From positions 128,359 to 192,358 of the forward strand of contig CAWBEY010000001.1 of assembly GCA_963788015.1 (NCBI GenBank): DNA of 64,000 bases. The letters are read 5' to 3'. Each line of letters opens with the position of its first letter. Position 1 is the first letter of the stretch. The notes beneath the pieces were generated by a model that saw only the letters and a program-made list of their open reading frames with translations, searched no databases and had not been told where the DNA came from. Positions 55,394-64,000 of this stretch are shown here, piece after piece. Position numbers and translations under genes: made by a program. This DNA is from an uncultured Phycisphaerales bacterium. Its GTDB lineage: Bacteria > Planctomycetota > Phycisphaerae > Tepidisphaerales > Tepidisphaeraceae.

Positions 55394-55771
55394 CGCGCGG
55401 CGCGGCGACGCCTCGCGTTGAACGGGCATTTGGGTCGATAGCATGGCGAACCTGGTTTCTTAACCGATCAGAATGTGTCTCTTCAATCCTCGTCCGGCAC
55501 AAACGGCGGCTGGCCGGATTCCCAACGAATGAGACGCGTACCCTAGTGATTTTTTGGTGCGCGCCAAATGTTATTTTCGCCAGAGACAAGACCCCGCGTT
55601 TTTGACTGCGCTGCGGCATGTCGCGACACTTTGGCGCACGCGTGTGCCGGCGCGCGCGGCGGAAAAATCCAGGCGCAGCGCGACGATTTGTGCTCGAACA
55701 TCGGCGCGATTTCCCACAGGTAGCGTGATGGTTGGTATTGCCACCACCCGTAGTAAGAGCGTCGCGCGCAG

Positions 55772-56662
55772 CTATTTTGACGACGCGAGGCCGAGGAAAG
55801 CCATCACTTGCTTCAAGTCGCTCCACACTGCCATTCGCGTCTCGGGAGTGTAGTTTCTCAACAGGTAGGCGGGATGATACGTCGGCATCAGCTTGATGCC
55901 GCGCCACTGCTGCCACGTTCCCCGAAGGCGCGACATCGACAGCTTGGATTGGAGCATATATTGCGTCGATGGCTTGCCGAGCGTCACGATCACCTTCGGC
56001 CGCACGATCTCCAGTTGCCTCACCAGATACGGCGTGCAGGTTGATGTTTCATCAGGCGCGGGCTCGCGATTCGCCGGCGGGCGGCACTTGACGATGTTTG
56101 CGATAAACACCTGCTCGCGCGCCAAACCCATGCTGCGGATCATGTCATCGAGCTTTTGCCCGGCCCGCCCCACGAATGGCCTGCCGCTTAAATCTTCGTT
56201 CTCGCCCGGCCCTTCGCCAATAAAAAATATCTGCGCCTCGGGATCCCCCTCGCCAAACACGGTATGCGTGCGCGTTTCGCACAGGCGGCACTTGGTGCAG
56301 GTGCGCACCTCCTTGTCATCCATCGCCGCCAGCGCGCGCACTTTTTCTTCCCGCGACAGCACGGGCGCGCTAAACGGCTCGGCCGCATCAGCCCCAAAAA
56401 TGGCAATGCTGGCGGCCGCGGATTTCTCCAGCTCCGGCCCTTGCGTGCTCAATTCCGGCGTGGATCGATCCGCAAGGTGCATACGCGGAATCTCCCGCAC
56501 CTTCTCCACCTCAGGTTCCACTGGAAGTTCTTCACGCACGGCCGGGCCTGCCGCCACAGCAATCTTCCGAGGCGCGGCCACCGAGCTTAACCCCATCGCC
56601 TTCTCGCTTCTCAGCCACAAGCGCACGCGTCCTTTAATCTTCGCATCCATCGTCTGGTCCAT
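55772..56662 (-). CDS. uracil-DNA glycosylase, family 4
   Basis: ...TCTKCRLCETRTHTVFGEGDPEAQIFFIGEGPGENEDLSGRPFVGRAGQKLD...HPAYLLRN. Confidence 0.8.
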   Translation of the reverse strand: MDQTMDAKIKGRVRLWLRSEKAMGLSSVAAPRKIAVAAGPAVREELPVEPEVEKVREIPRMHLADRSTPELSTQGPELEKSAAASIAIFGADAAEPFSAPVLSREEKVRALAAMDDKEVRTCTKCRLCETRTHTVFGEGDPEAQIFFIGEGPGENEDLSGRPFVGRAGQKLDDMIRSMGLAREQVFIANIVKCRPPANREPAPDETSTCTPYLVRQLEIVRPKVIVTLGKPSTQYMLQSKLSMSRLRGTWQQWRGIKLMPTYHPAYLLRNYTPETRMAVWSDLKQVMAFLGLASSK

Positions 56663-56772
56663 CCTACCCGTCGAAATTCCCGGAAGCGACAGCGCATCAA
56701 AAACGGGCGCAGCCAATTTGGCCCCGCCCGTAGTACCTTTATTTTCAGACGCGTTTAACCGGATCCGACGCC

Positions 56773-57636
56773 ATGACCCTCCACCTGGACATCGTTGACA
56801 ATTTCGCAAACGCCTTCCCGCCGCGACGAACACCGGTGCCTGATCCAAAATCAGATGTCGGTGCGATCATGGGCTTCTTCACCGACACCACCCTCTGCAT
56901 CGGATGCAAGGCTTGTGAAGTCGCCTGCAAGCAATGGAACCAGCTCCCGGCCGACAACCTCGAGTTCAGCGGCAACAGCTACGACAACACCAACCACCTC
57001 TCGGCCACCACCTGGCGTCACGTCGCATTCAAGGAACAAATCGGCGACACCGCAGCGCGCTGGCTGATGCTGAGCGACGTCTGCAAACATTGCGAAGAAG
57101 CGCCCTGTGAACATTCCTGCCCGACTGGAGCGCTTTTGTACAACGAGTTTGGCGACGTCTATCTGCAAAACGACATCTGCAACGGCTGCGGCTATTGCAT
57201 CTCCGCCTGTCCCTTTGGCGTCCTCAGCCGCGCCGATGGCCCCAACCAGGACGGCCACGCCCACAAATGTACCCTCTGTTACGACCGCCAATCCGATGGC
57301 ATGACTCCCGCCTGCGCCAAAGCCTGCCCTACCGCGTCCATTCAATTTGGCCCGGTGGAAGAGCTTCGCGAAAAAGCGCGCGATCGGGTGGAGCAACTGC
57401 ACCAGCGCGGCAACGACAAGGCGTATCTTTACGGGGCCGATTCGCTGGGAGATTATGGCCGTCTCAGCTCGTTCTTCTTGTTGGAGGACCACCCCAACCA
57501 GTACAACCTCCCCGAAAATCCCCCACAGCCTTTCCGCCATCAAGGAAAACGCTACGCCGCCAGCCTTCTGACCGGCCTGGCACTGACGGCCGTCTCTGCC
57601 CTGGTTTTCAGCTTCGGAGGTAAACGTGCCCGGTGA
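56773..57636 (+). CDS. 4Fe-4S ferredoxin-type iron-sulfur subunit with a C-terminal membrane anchor (PsrB/HybA/FdnH-like)
   Basis: Four Cys clusters: CIGCKACEVACK, CKHCEEAPCEHSCP, CNGCGYCISACP, CTLCYDRQ...CAKACP. C-terminal TM helix LLTGLALTAVSALVF. Confidence 0.7.
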   Translation: MTLHLDIVDNFANAFPPRRTPVPDPKSDVGAIMGFFTDTTLCIGCKACEVACKQWNQLPADNLEFSGNSYDNTNHLSATTWRHVAFKEQIGDTAARWLMLSDVCKHCEEAPCEHSCPTGALLYNEFGDVYLQNDICNGCGYCISACPFGVLSRADGPNQDGHAHKCTLCYDRQSDGMTPACAKACPTASIQFGPVEELREKARDRVEQLHQRGNDKAYLYGADSLGDYGRLSSFFLLEDHPNQYNLPENPPQPFRHQGKRYAASLLTGLALTAVSALVFSFGGKRAR

Positions 57637-58683
57637 CATCGCCATCCAACGTCAAAGCAATATTCACCGGGCTGCGCCGGTTGCGGATCCCGCCCTCCCC
57701 TACTCCACCTCCAACATCACCTCGGCCCAAGCCCCCCAATCCGAGCCAAGCTATTACGACATTCCGATGCTCAAAGCGCCGGTCTGGAAGTGGGAGATTG
57801 CATCCTACTTTTTCCTGGGCGGTTTGTCGGCCGGGGCTTACATCCTGGCGCGAATGGCCGAGCGGTTTGGCGGCGAAAAATTCAAGGACCTGACACAGGC
57901 CGGCACCGCCATCGCCGCCGCCAGCGTCCTCCCCTGCCCGCCGCTCCTCATCCACGATCTTGGCGACCCCAAGCGTTTTCATCACATGCTTCGCGTCTGG
58001 AAACCATCCTCGCCCATGAACCTGGGCACGTGGGTTTTGACCGCGTATAGCGGCAACCTTGTTGTGCCGACGGTGCGCGAGCTCTTGCGCCGACGCGGCT
58101 CGCAATCCCGCATGGAGCGGCAGGCATTTCGAAACTGGTGAACCCCACTGTCCTGGCCATCAGCGACGCGGCCGGTGTTCCACTGGCCTTGCTGATGGCC
58201 GGCTATACGGGCGTGCTGCTCAGCTCGACGTCCACTCCGGTCTGGTCGATGAACCCGTGGCTCGGGCCGCTTTTCAGCGCAGGTTCGATCAGCAGCGCGG
58301 CCGGCGCGATCAGCCTAATGCTTGATCTCATGGACCAGCGCGAAGAGACCCCATCGAAAAACGCCATAAGCAAAATCGAGACGGCCGCCCACGTGGCCGA
58401 GGCCGTCGCGCTAGCCGGCTACGTGCGCCACGCGGGCGACCTGGCCAAACCACTCACCCATGGCTCCATGCGCCCGCACTTCGTGAACGCCATCACCAGC
58501 ACGCTAGGCCCGGAAATTTTGAAGCGGCTCCCACTCAAAGGCGGCCCGCGCCGAGCAGCAAAGATGGCCGGCTCGCTGATCAGCGTATTGGGTGTCTTTT
58601 CACTCCGGTGGGCGATAGTGCATGCGGGAGTTAAATCAGGAAATGATCCGGCCGCGGCGCGAGCGAATAGCCGGGGGAAGTGA
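57626..58683 (+). CDS. NrfD/PsrC family polysulfide-reductase-type membrane subunit, frameshift near 58135
   Basis: SYYDIPMLKAPVWKWEIASYFFLGGLSAGAYIL.... Continues as ...MNPTVLAISDAAGVPLALLMAGYTGVLLSST... Confidence 0.7.
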
Positions 58684-58698
58684 GGGGCGGTGGAGGGT

Positions 58699-59160
58699 TC
58701 AGGATTTGCGGAGCCGACGACGGCGGCGAAGGTGGTGGAGGGGAAGGAGCAGGAACGCGATGATGGGGAGGTAGTACGGAATTGCAAAGTAATTGAACCC
58801 CCATTCGGGTGGAGATGCGGGGGTGAGGTCCAGCGCAAAACCCAGGCATTTGAAGCGGGGACAGATGATGGCCGAATGATAGTGATCGTTGTGGCGCAGC
58901 CACACGAAATCATGGCCAGCCGGCGCGTGATGCCACTGCAAAAGATCGGCGGCAGGGACTTGGCCGTGCGTATAAATAAAACCAATGCCTTGCGGCTTGG
59001 TGGTGATCTCCCAAATTCGAATAACGCCAACCTCAGAAGTCTTCCAAACATTCACCATAGCGGCCCGGCTGTCACGAAAAGAGTCAGCCCAGGCGAGCAT
59101 GGAGAGGAGGGCCATCATGGCGCAGAGGCAGGCGGCGAAGGTGGAAAGACGGCGGGGCAT
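58699..59160 (-). CDS. small secreted protein with a PEP-CTERM-like C-terminal anchor (variant 'PEW' motif)
   Basis: N-terminal signal MPRRLSTFAACLCAMMALLSMLAWA. C-terminus ...PASPPEWGFNYFAIPYYLPIIAFLLLPLHHLRRRRRLRKS. Confidence 0.4.
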   Translation of the reverse strand: MPRRLSTFAACLCAMMALLSMLAWADSFRDSRAAMVNVWKTSEVGVIRIWEITTKPQGIGFIYTHGQVPAADLLQWHHAPAGHDFVWLRHNDHYHSAIICPRFKCLGFALDLTPASPPEWGFNYFAIPYYLPIIAFLLLPLHHLRRRRRLRKS

Positions 59161-59343
59161 GGTTGCCGCGGCCGTTTTCTGGTGGCTAGCTAATAAATCC
59201 CAGGGCGGACTCCGGCCGTAACGTTATCGGTATTATCGCGTAGCGGGGAGAATTTATGGGCAGAGTTGGAGAAATTTGTCCCTACGTCGAGCACCGGTCA
59301 CTGCAACATCAACCGACAGTGGGCCCCAATCGTAAACCTGCCG

Positions 59344-59772
59344 CTACGCCCCCAGCTTCTTCCCGTTCACAGTCTTCACCCCATCCCGCGGCAACACCAG
59401 CATTTGATACCGAAACCCCGGAACCAGGTCCATGGTGGCCATCCCCAGCACCTTCATCTCCCCATCCCCGCCCAGTTGCGCCGACATGTGAATGATGCTG
59501 CCGCCGGTGGTTTGGACGGCCACAAACTGCGTCTTGAAATCCACCGGCGCTTTGGCCGCCACGTTCCACGCCTTGCACAACTTCGCAAACGCCGCGGCCT
59601 CCACAATCACGCCATCGACGGGCGCCTGTTTCTGAAGCGACTCATCCGCCATCCCGCCGCTCCACTGCGCAAGTGGCGTAACCTCCTTAGGCTGAGTCGC
59701 CGGAACATCAGCCGCCAAAATGCCCAGCGCAGGCAAGGCAACGGCGGTCAAGATCAAAAGGGAAAGGCGCAT
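59344..59772 (-). CDS. secreted hypothetical protein
   Basis: Signal MRLSLLILTAVALPALGILAADVP. Confidence 0.3.
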   Translation of the reverse strand: MRLSLLILTAVALPALGILAADVPATQPKEVTPLAQWSGGMADESLQKQAPVDGVIVEAAAFAKLCKAWNVAAKAPVDFKTQFVAVQTTGGSIIHMSAQLGGDGEMKVLGMATMDLVPGFRYQMLVLPRDGVKTVNGKKLGA

Positions 59773-60175
59773 AAGAATCTCCTTTGAAGTGGGCATCGTA
59801 GTGCTAAAACGGCACGCGCCGCAATCGCGGGCGCCATTCGAACATCACGGTTCGGCAGTTTTCCGTGCCTCGGCCCGATCCTCTATTTCGGCGGGTGCCA
59901 TCCGACCGCCGCCCAGTACTGCCGCGCACGAACCAGCACGGCCCGATTCAGCTTTAACGTTGCGACGGTCGCGCGGCCACAGGGTGTGAGGCCCACCACG
60001 ACATCTCCGTCGCCCGTCCACCTAAAATGCTGGCTCCAGTCTTGTGTTCGAGGGTTGAACAACCTCACTATTTCACCGCTCGCGGCGCACAGACAAAGCC
60101 ATCACTCGGCGCCGACTCGACCTCTAAAATTTCTGTCAAGCACGACCGCCTCAACAGAAGCCGGCGCAGGCGCCG

Positions 60176-62669
60176 CTACTTCCACCCAAACACCTCGCTC
60201 TGCACAATCGCATGCACCAGCGAACGCAGGCCATAGTCTTCCTTCGATGCGGTTTTGACGATGCTTTCGATAGCTGGTTGATCCAGGAGGCTGGCAGGCG
60301 TCCCGGTGGCGTAAGTGATCAGGTGCCGCGTGACGCCTCTTGCCAATTGCTCGGGGTTCTTGGCCAGGAGCTGGCGAAGCTCCAGGATTCCGGTGAAGGC
60401 TCGCCCATCAGGGGTTTGGCCGGTGGCGTCGATAAGCAGGCCGTCGCGCCAGGTTGGTTTTCCAGCCCGCTGCTGGGGAGGAAGAGCAACGACGGCCGGG
60501 TCCACTTCGCGGTAGTTTTTGCGAAAGCCGCCGGCCACGTCGAAGCTTTCCAGTGCGAAGCCATAAGGATCAAACTTCGCATGGCAGGCGGCGCAGCTAG
60601 GGTCGGCGCGGTGCAGGGCGAGCTGCTCGCGCAGGGTTTTGGCGCCGCGGGTGTCGGGCTCAATCGGCTTGATGTTGGGCGGGGGCGGCGGAATGGGATT
60701 GCCAAGCAGTCGCTCTGAAACCCATCGGCCTCGCTTCACGGGCGAAGTATTGGTCCCGTTGGCGGTGACTTTCATCACGGCCGACTGCGTCCACACGCCG
60801 CCATAAGGGGACGATTCCGGGACATTCACTTTTCGAAGCTGCTGGCCAACAACATTTGGCAGGCCATAGTGTTTTGCCAGCCGGTCGTTGACCAGCACCC
60901 ACGGCGAAGCAACGAATTTGCACACGCTGAGGTTTTCGTTCAGGAGAATGCGGAAAAACCCTTCCGTCTCCATCGCGCTGGAGAGCTTCAGAAACTCATC
61001 ATAGTCAGGATAGAGGTTGCGATCCGGAGACGTGTCGTCCAGGCCGCGCAGACCCAGCCACTGGTTCACGAAATCGGTGACGAAACGGTCAGCCTTGGGA
61101 TCATTAAGAAGTCGCTCCGTCTGCTCGTGAAGCACCTTGGGATTGCTGAGCGAACCATTTCTGGCCAGATCGAGAAGGGTTTGATCGGGGGTCGAGTTCC
61201 ACAGGAAATAACTGAGGCGGGAAGCCAGTGCGAAATCGGACAGCTTGCCCGGCGGCTCGATCACGCAGAGGAACTCGGGGGCGGTGAGCATCTCGGTGAT
61301 GTTGTCGAAGAAGACCGACTCAAGAGGGTCCCCCCGTCGATCTTCGCGCCACCTCCGCGAGCATCGTGTCCAGCTCGGAAGCAGTAAGGTCGCGGCGGTA
61401 GAGGCGGGTGCCCACGCGCTTGAGCGTCGCGCGCATGATGGCGAGAAAGTCGTCCCGGGTAGTTGATTTAGCCTGGTTCTTGGGGTTGTTTTTCTGGAGA
61501 ACTACGCGCCGCTCCAGGGGATAGGTGTGGGTGATGCGCAGCTCCTCCTGGAGGGCCTGCGGAAAGTCGGCCAGGAGAAATCGATCAGCCGCCAGCGGCA
61601 GCGGCGGCTCTTCAACATCAACCCACTGCAGCGCGAGGCCGGGGCCTTTGCAGTTTTTGGCGAGTGAATTTTTCGGCACCTGCACACCAATGCCAAATGG
61701 GATGAGGCGGATGCCGTCGTTGCCCTGGAAACGGTCGTTGAAGTCGTGCGTGCGCAGGTAGATTTCAGTTTCAATCACTGCCGCCTTTCCCGGCGGTGCT
61801 TCAAGGATTTTCACCAGATCAAGGATCTGCGGATAAGCCGAAGTGTGGCCGACGTAGACGCCGAACGGCATCGGCTTGTCGGTCTGGTAGCCGTAGACTG
61901 AAATGCGCAAACGATGCAGGCCCGGAATGCGGGCGCCGTAGTCAAGCCGGCCGGACGTTGTGTCGGAGTTAAACGAGACAATGGTGTTGTCCTCAAGGCG
62001 GAGGCTGTGGCCGGGCGATTGGCCGCTTTCTTTGGCTTCGAGGTGGGTGGTGCGGCCGGGGTCAAAGGCGCTGGCATTGGCGGGCGACGCGTTCTTGAGC
62101 TTCGGGATGGGACGCAGAACCCAACCCAGAAGATCTTCCGACATCTTGAAATACCCGCCCGCACCGCTGGCCGACAGCGGAAGGGCAGCGCTGACCTTGT
62201 CATACCCATCCACCCGGCCATCGTCCGGCAGGTTGAGCGCGACCGCCGGCCGAATGCCAAACAGATCGAGCATGGAGTAAGCATATTCGCTGCGGGAGAG
62301 TCGGCGGAGCTTGCTTCGCCCTTCCTGACGCTGGCGGGCGAGCAGAGATTGCGTGTAATCGCCCCGAATCCAGCCGAGGATAGTTTGGCGCTGGGCGGGG
62401 GTAAGCGGGGTTTCATCTTCAGGCGGCATTTCTCCCGACTCAACTTTGTCCAGAACATGGAACCAGAGATCGCGGTCGTCGGTGAGTTGCTGCAGATCGC
62501 GCGGGCTGGCGAAATTGATCTTGGCTTTTTGTTTTTCAGCGCCGTGACACTTCGTGCAGGCGGATTGGAGGATGGGGGCGACTTTTGATTTGAAAGAGGC
62601 GGCGGTGTCCTCGGCGCGGCAAAGGGGCGCGAGGAGGGTCAAGAGAATGAGGAGGCGGAGGACGGGCAT
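60176..62669 (-). CDS. PSCyt1 (planctomycete cytochrome c)-DUF1549-DUF1553 family protein, frameshift near 61300
   Basis: Signal, then ...SACTKCHGAEKQKAKINF...GEMPP.... C-terminus ...CAACHAKFDPYGFALESFD.... Confidence 0.8.
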
Positions 62670-62759
62670 TTGATTTTATTGATTTATCCGCAGGGTCCTG
62701 CGCACATGGGCGGGACGCTGCGGGACGCCCATGCTACGTCTTTCAGGTAGTCATCTTCT

Positions 62760-64000
62760 TTAATTGAGGCCAGTGATCGTACTGGTGCTGGAGCCGAAGC
62801 GGTCGGTTTCTACGCCAAAGCGCTGGAGCATGGTGACGTACAGGTTGGCCAGCGGCGTGTTGTGCGCGGTGTCCCCCGCGAGGTGCTGGCCATGGCGATA
62901 GCCGCCGCCCGCCAGCAGGATCGGCAGGTTGCTGGTGCCGTGGCCGCTGGCGTCGCCCAGGTTGCTGCCCAGGAGCACCTGCGTCTGATCCAGCAGCGTT
63001 GACGAACCTTCACGAATGTTGCGGAGGGAAAGCAGGAACTCGCGGAAGGCGGCGATCTCAGCGCGCTCGATGATGCGCAACTGCTCAATCTTGGCAGGAT
63101 TTCGGCCATGGTGCGACAGGCCATGATGATCTTCAGTCACGCCTTCAATCGGCGGTTTAAGATCCATGCCCCGAATGAAGATGGAGACAACGCGCGTGGA
63201 ATCGGTCTGAAGCGCTAGCGCGTCAGATTATAAAGAAGCTTGGTCCGGCCAACCGTGTCGCTCCGGTCGGTCGGATCCGTCGGCGCTGGTTCATTCACCA
63301 CCGGCTTGGGCTTAAGAACCCACGCTTCATCCGCGTGCAGTTGCTTCTCCATGTCACGTACGGCATCGGTGTAATCGACAACCTGCTGCTGGTCGCGGGC
63401 GCTCAGACGTCCTTTGAGAGAAGCGAACCGATCGCCCATCCGATCAAGGATGCTTTGGCCGCGCTTCAGGCGATCCATTTCGCGCGCACATCCTGCGGCT
63501 TGCCGGCCAGGAACATGCGTGAAAATATTTGCGACGGGCGATCGAGCGGTGGGATGGCCGCCCCGCTGCTGGTGTAGGTCAGCGCCGTACCGCCGTCCTG
63601 CGTGCGGAGGGATAGCAGTGGAAACCGCGTGGCATTGCCAACATGCTTCGCGGCCACGTAGTCCAGCGAAACGCTGTTGCGAAAGCTGCCGGCCGTCGGG
63701 TGCTTGGCGCTGGTCAGAAAGCAGGCCTCCGACGCATGATCGCCGCCGATTTCAGGGTGCGAAATGCCGGAGAAAACAGTGAACTGGTCCCGCTGATCGT
63801 CGAGGATTTTGGTGTATTCGCTGGCCTCGTAATCGCGGCCCGGCTTCGTCGGGAAGAAGGAGGGAGCGTACAGCCCAAACGCTGTGCAGATGCTCACCAT
63901 CCGGCGAGGCGCGGCCGGTTCGCCCGCAAAAGAAAATGACTCAAGCCAGGGAAGGGCCAGCAGCGCAGCGCCGGTTCGGATGAACTGGCGTCGCGACGGC
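62760..64000 (-). CDS. DUF1501 (sulfatase-like) protein with a Tat signal. Partial: the start lies just beyond the window end. Two frameshifts.
   Basis: ...SRRQFIRTGAALLALPWLESFSFA... then ...HPEIGGDHAS.... C-terminus ...GGGYRHGQHLAGDTAHNTPLANLYVTMLQRFGVETDRFGSSTSTITGL. Confidence 0.75.

Noticed and set aside
55394-55771. Canonical DnaA boxes (TTATCCACA) upstream of dnaA
   Set aside because: No exact or 1-mismatch consensus box cluster was seen by eye, only one weak match. oriC is proposed only as a hypothesis.
59883-60068. 61-aa ORF (MRLFNPRTQDWSQHFRWTGDGDVVVGLTPCGRATVATLKLNRAVLV...)
   Set aside because: I could not place it in any family with confidence, and it overlaps nothing conserved. 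It is left uncalled, though it could be a real small protein.

Overview
This 64 kb window is high-GC (about 65-68%) chromosomal DNA that looks like Planctomycetota (PVC superphylum). That call is an inference from several markers seen together: the N-terminal 'LEDRCLLS' / 'EPRLMLSA' secreted-protein motifs, a PSCyt-DUF1549-DUF1553 gene next to a Tat-signal DUF1501 gene, PEP-CTERM tails, and a PVC-type giant gene combining an SGNH hydrolase, a dehydrogenase-like beta-propeller, HEAT repeats, an F5/8 type C domain and a cupredoxin domain. Most of the window is core metabolism and housekeeping. Left to right it carries: a partial mgtC-like gene; the pyruvate dehydrogenase operon pdhA-pdhB-pdhC; a BNR/sialidase-like secreted protein; clpB; threonine synthase; gatC-gatA; an Fe-alcohol dehydrogenase; a VapBC toxin-antitoxin pair; an aldehyde dehydrogenase; polyphosphate kinase; transporters; a flotillin-like gene; a solitary flagellin gene; acylphosphatase; dnaA; uracil-DNA glycosylase; and an Fe-S plus NrfD-like pair. 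The most unusual element is a low-GC (about 48%) island of roughly 3.6 kb inserted right after thrC (11.9-15.5 kb). It carries a translationally coupled pair: a DUF262 protein (ParB/Srx-like, 'DGLQRL' motif) and an ABC-type AAA ATPase with a DUF3696-like tail. These are followed by a DUF4160-like ORF and a small HNH endonuclease. The pair is a candidate, possibly uncharacterised, anti-phage defence module. A second notable region is a 1.1 kb non-coding stretch (16.8-17.9 kb) with 32-bp tandem repeats, a perfect 20-nt palindrome, a terminator hairpin and GA-rich repeats. A strong caveat is that almost every long conserved gene (pdhA/B/C, clpB, thrC, gatA, ppk, dnaA and others) is broken by single-base frameshifts. 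At least one sits at a G6 run that should read G7. This pattern points to homopolymer indel errors in the assembly rather than real pseudogenes. No rRNA, tRNA or CRISPR was found.
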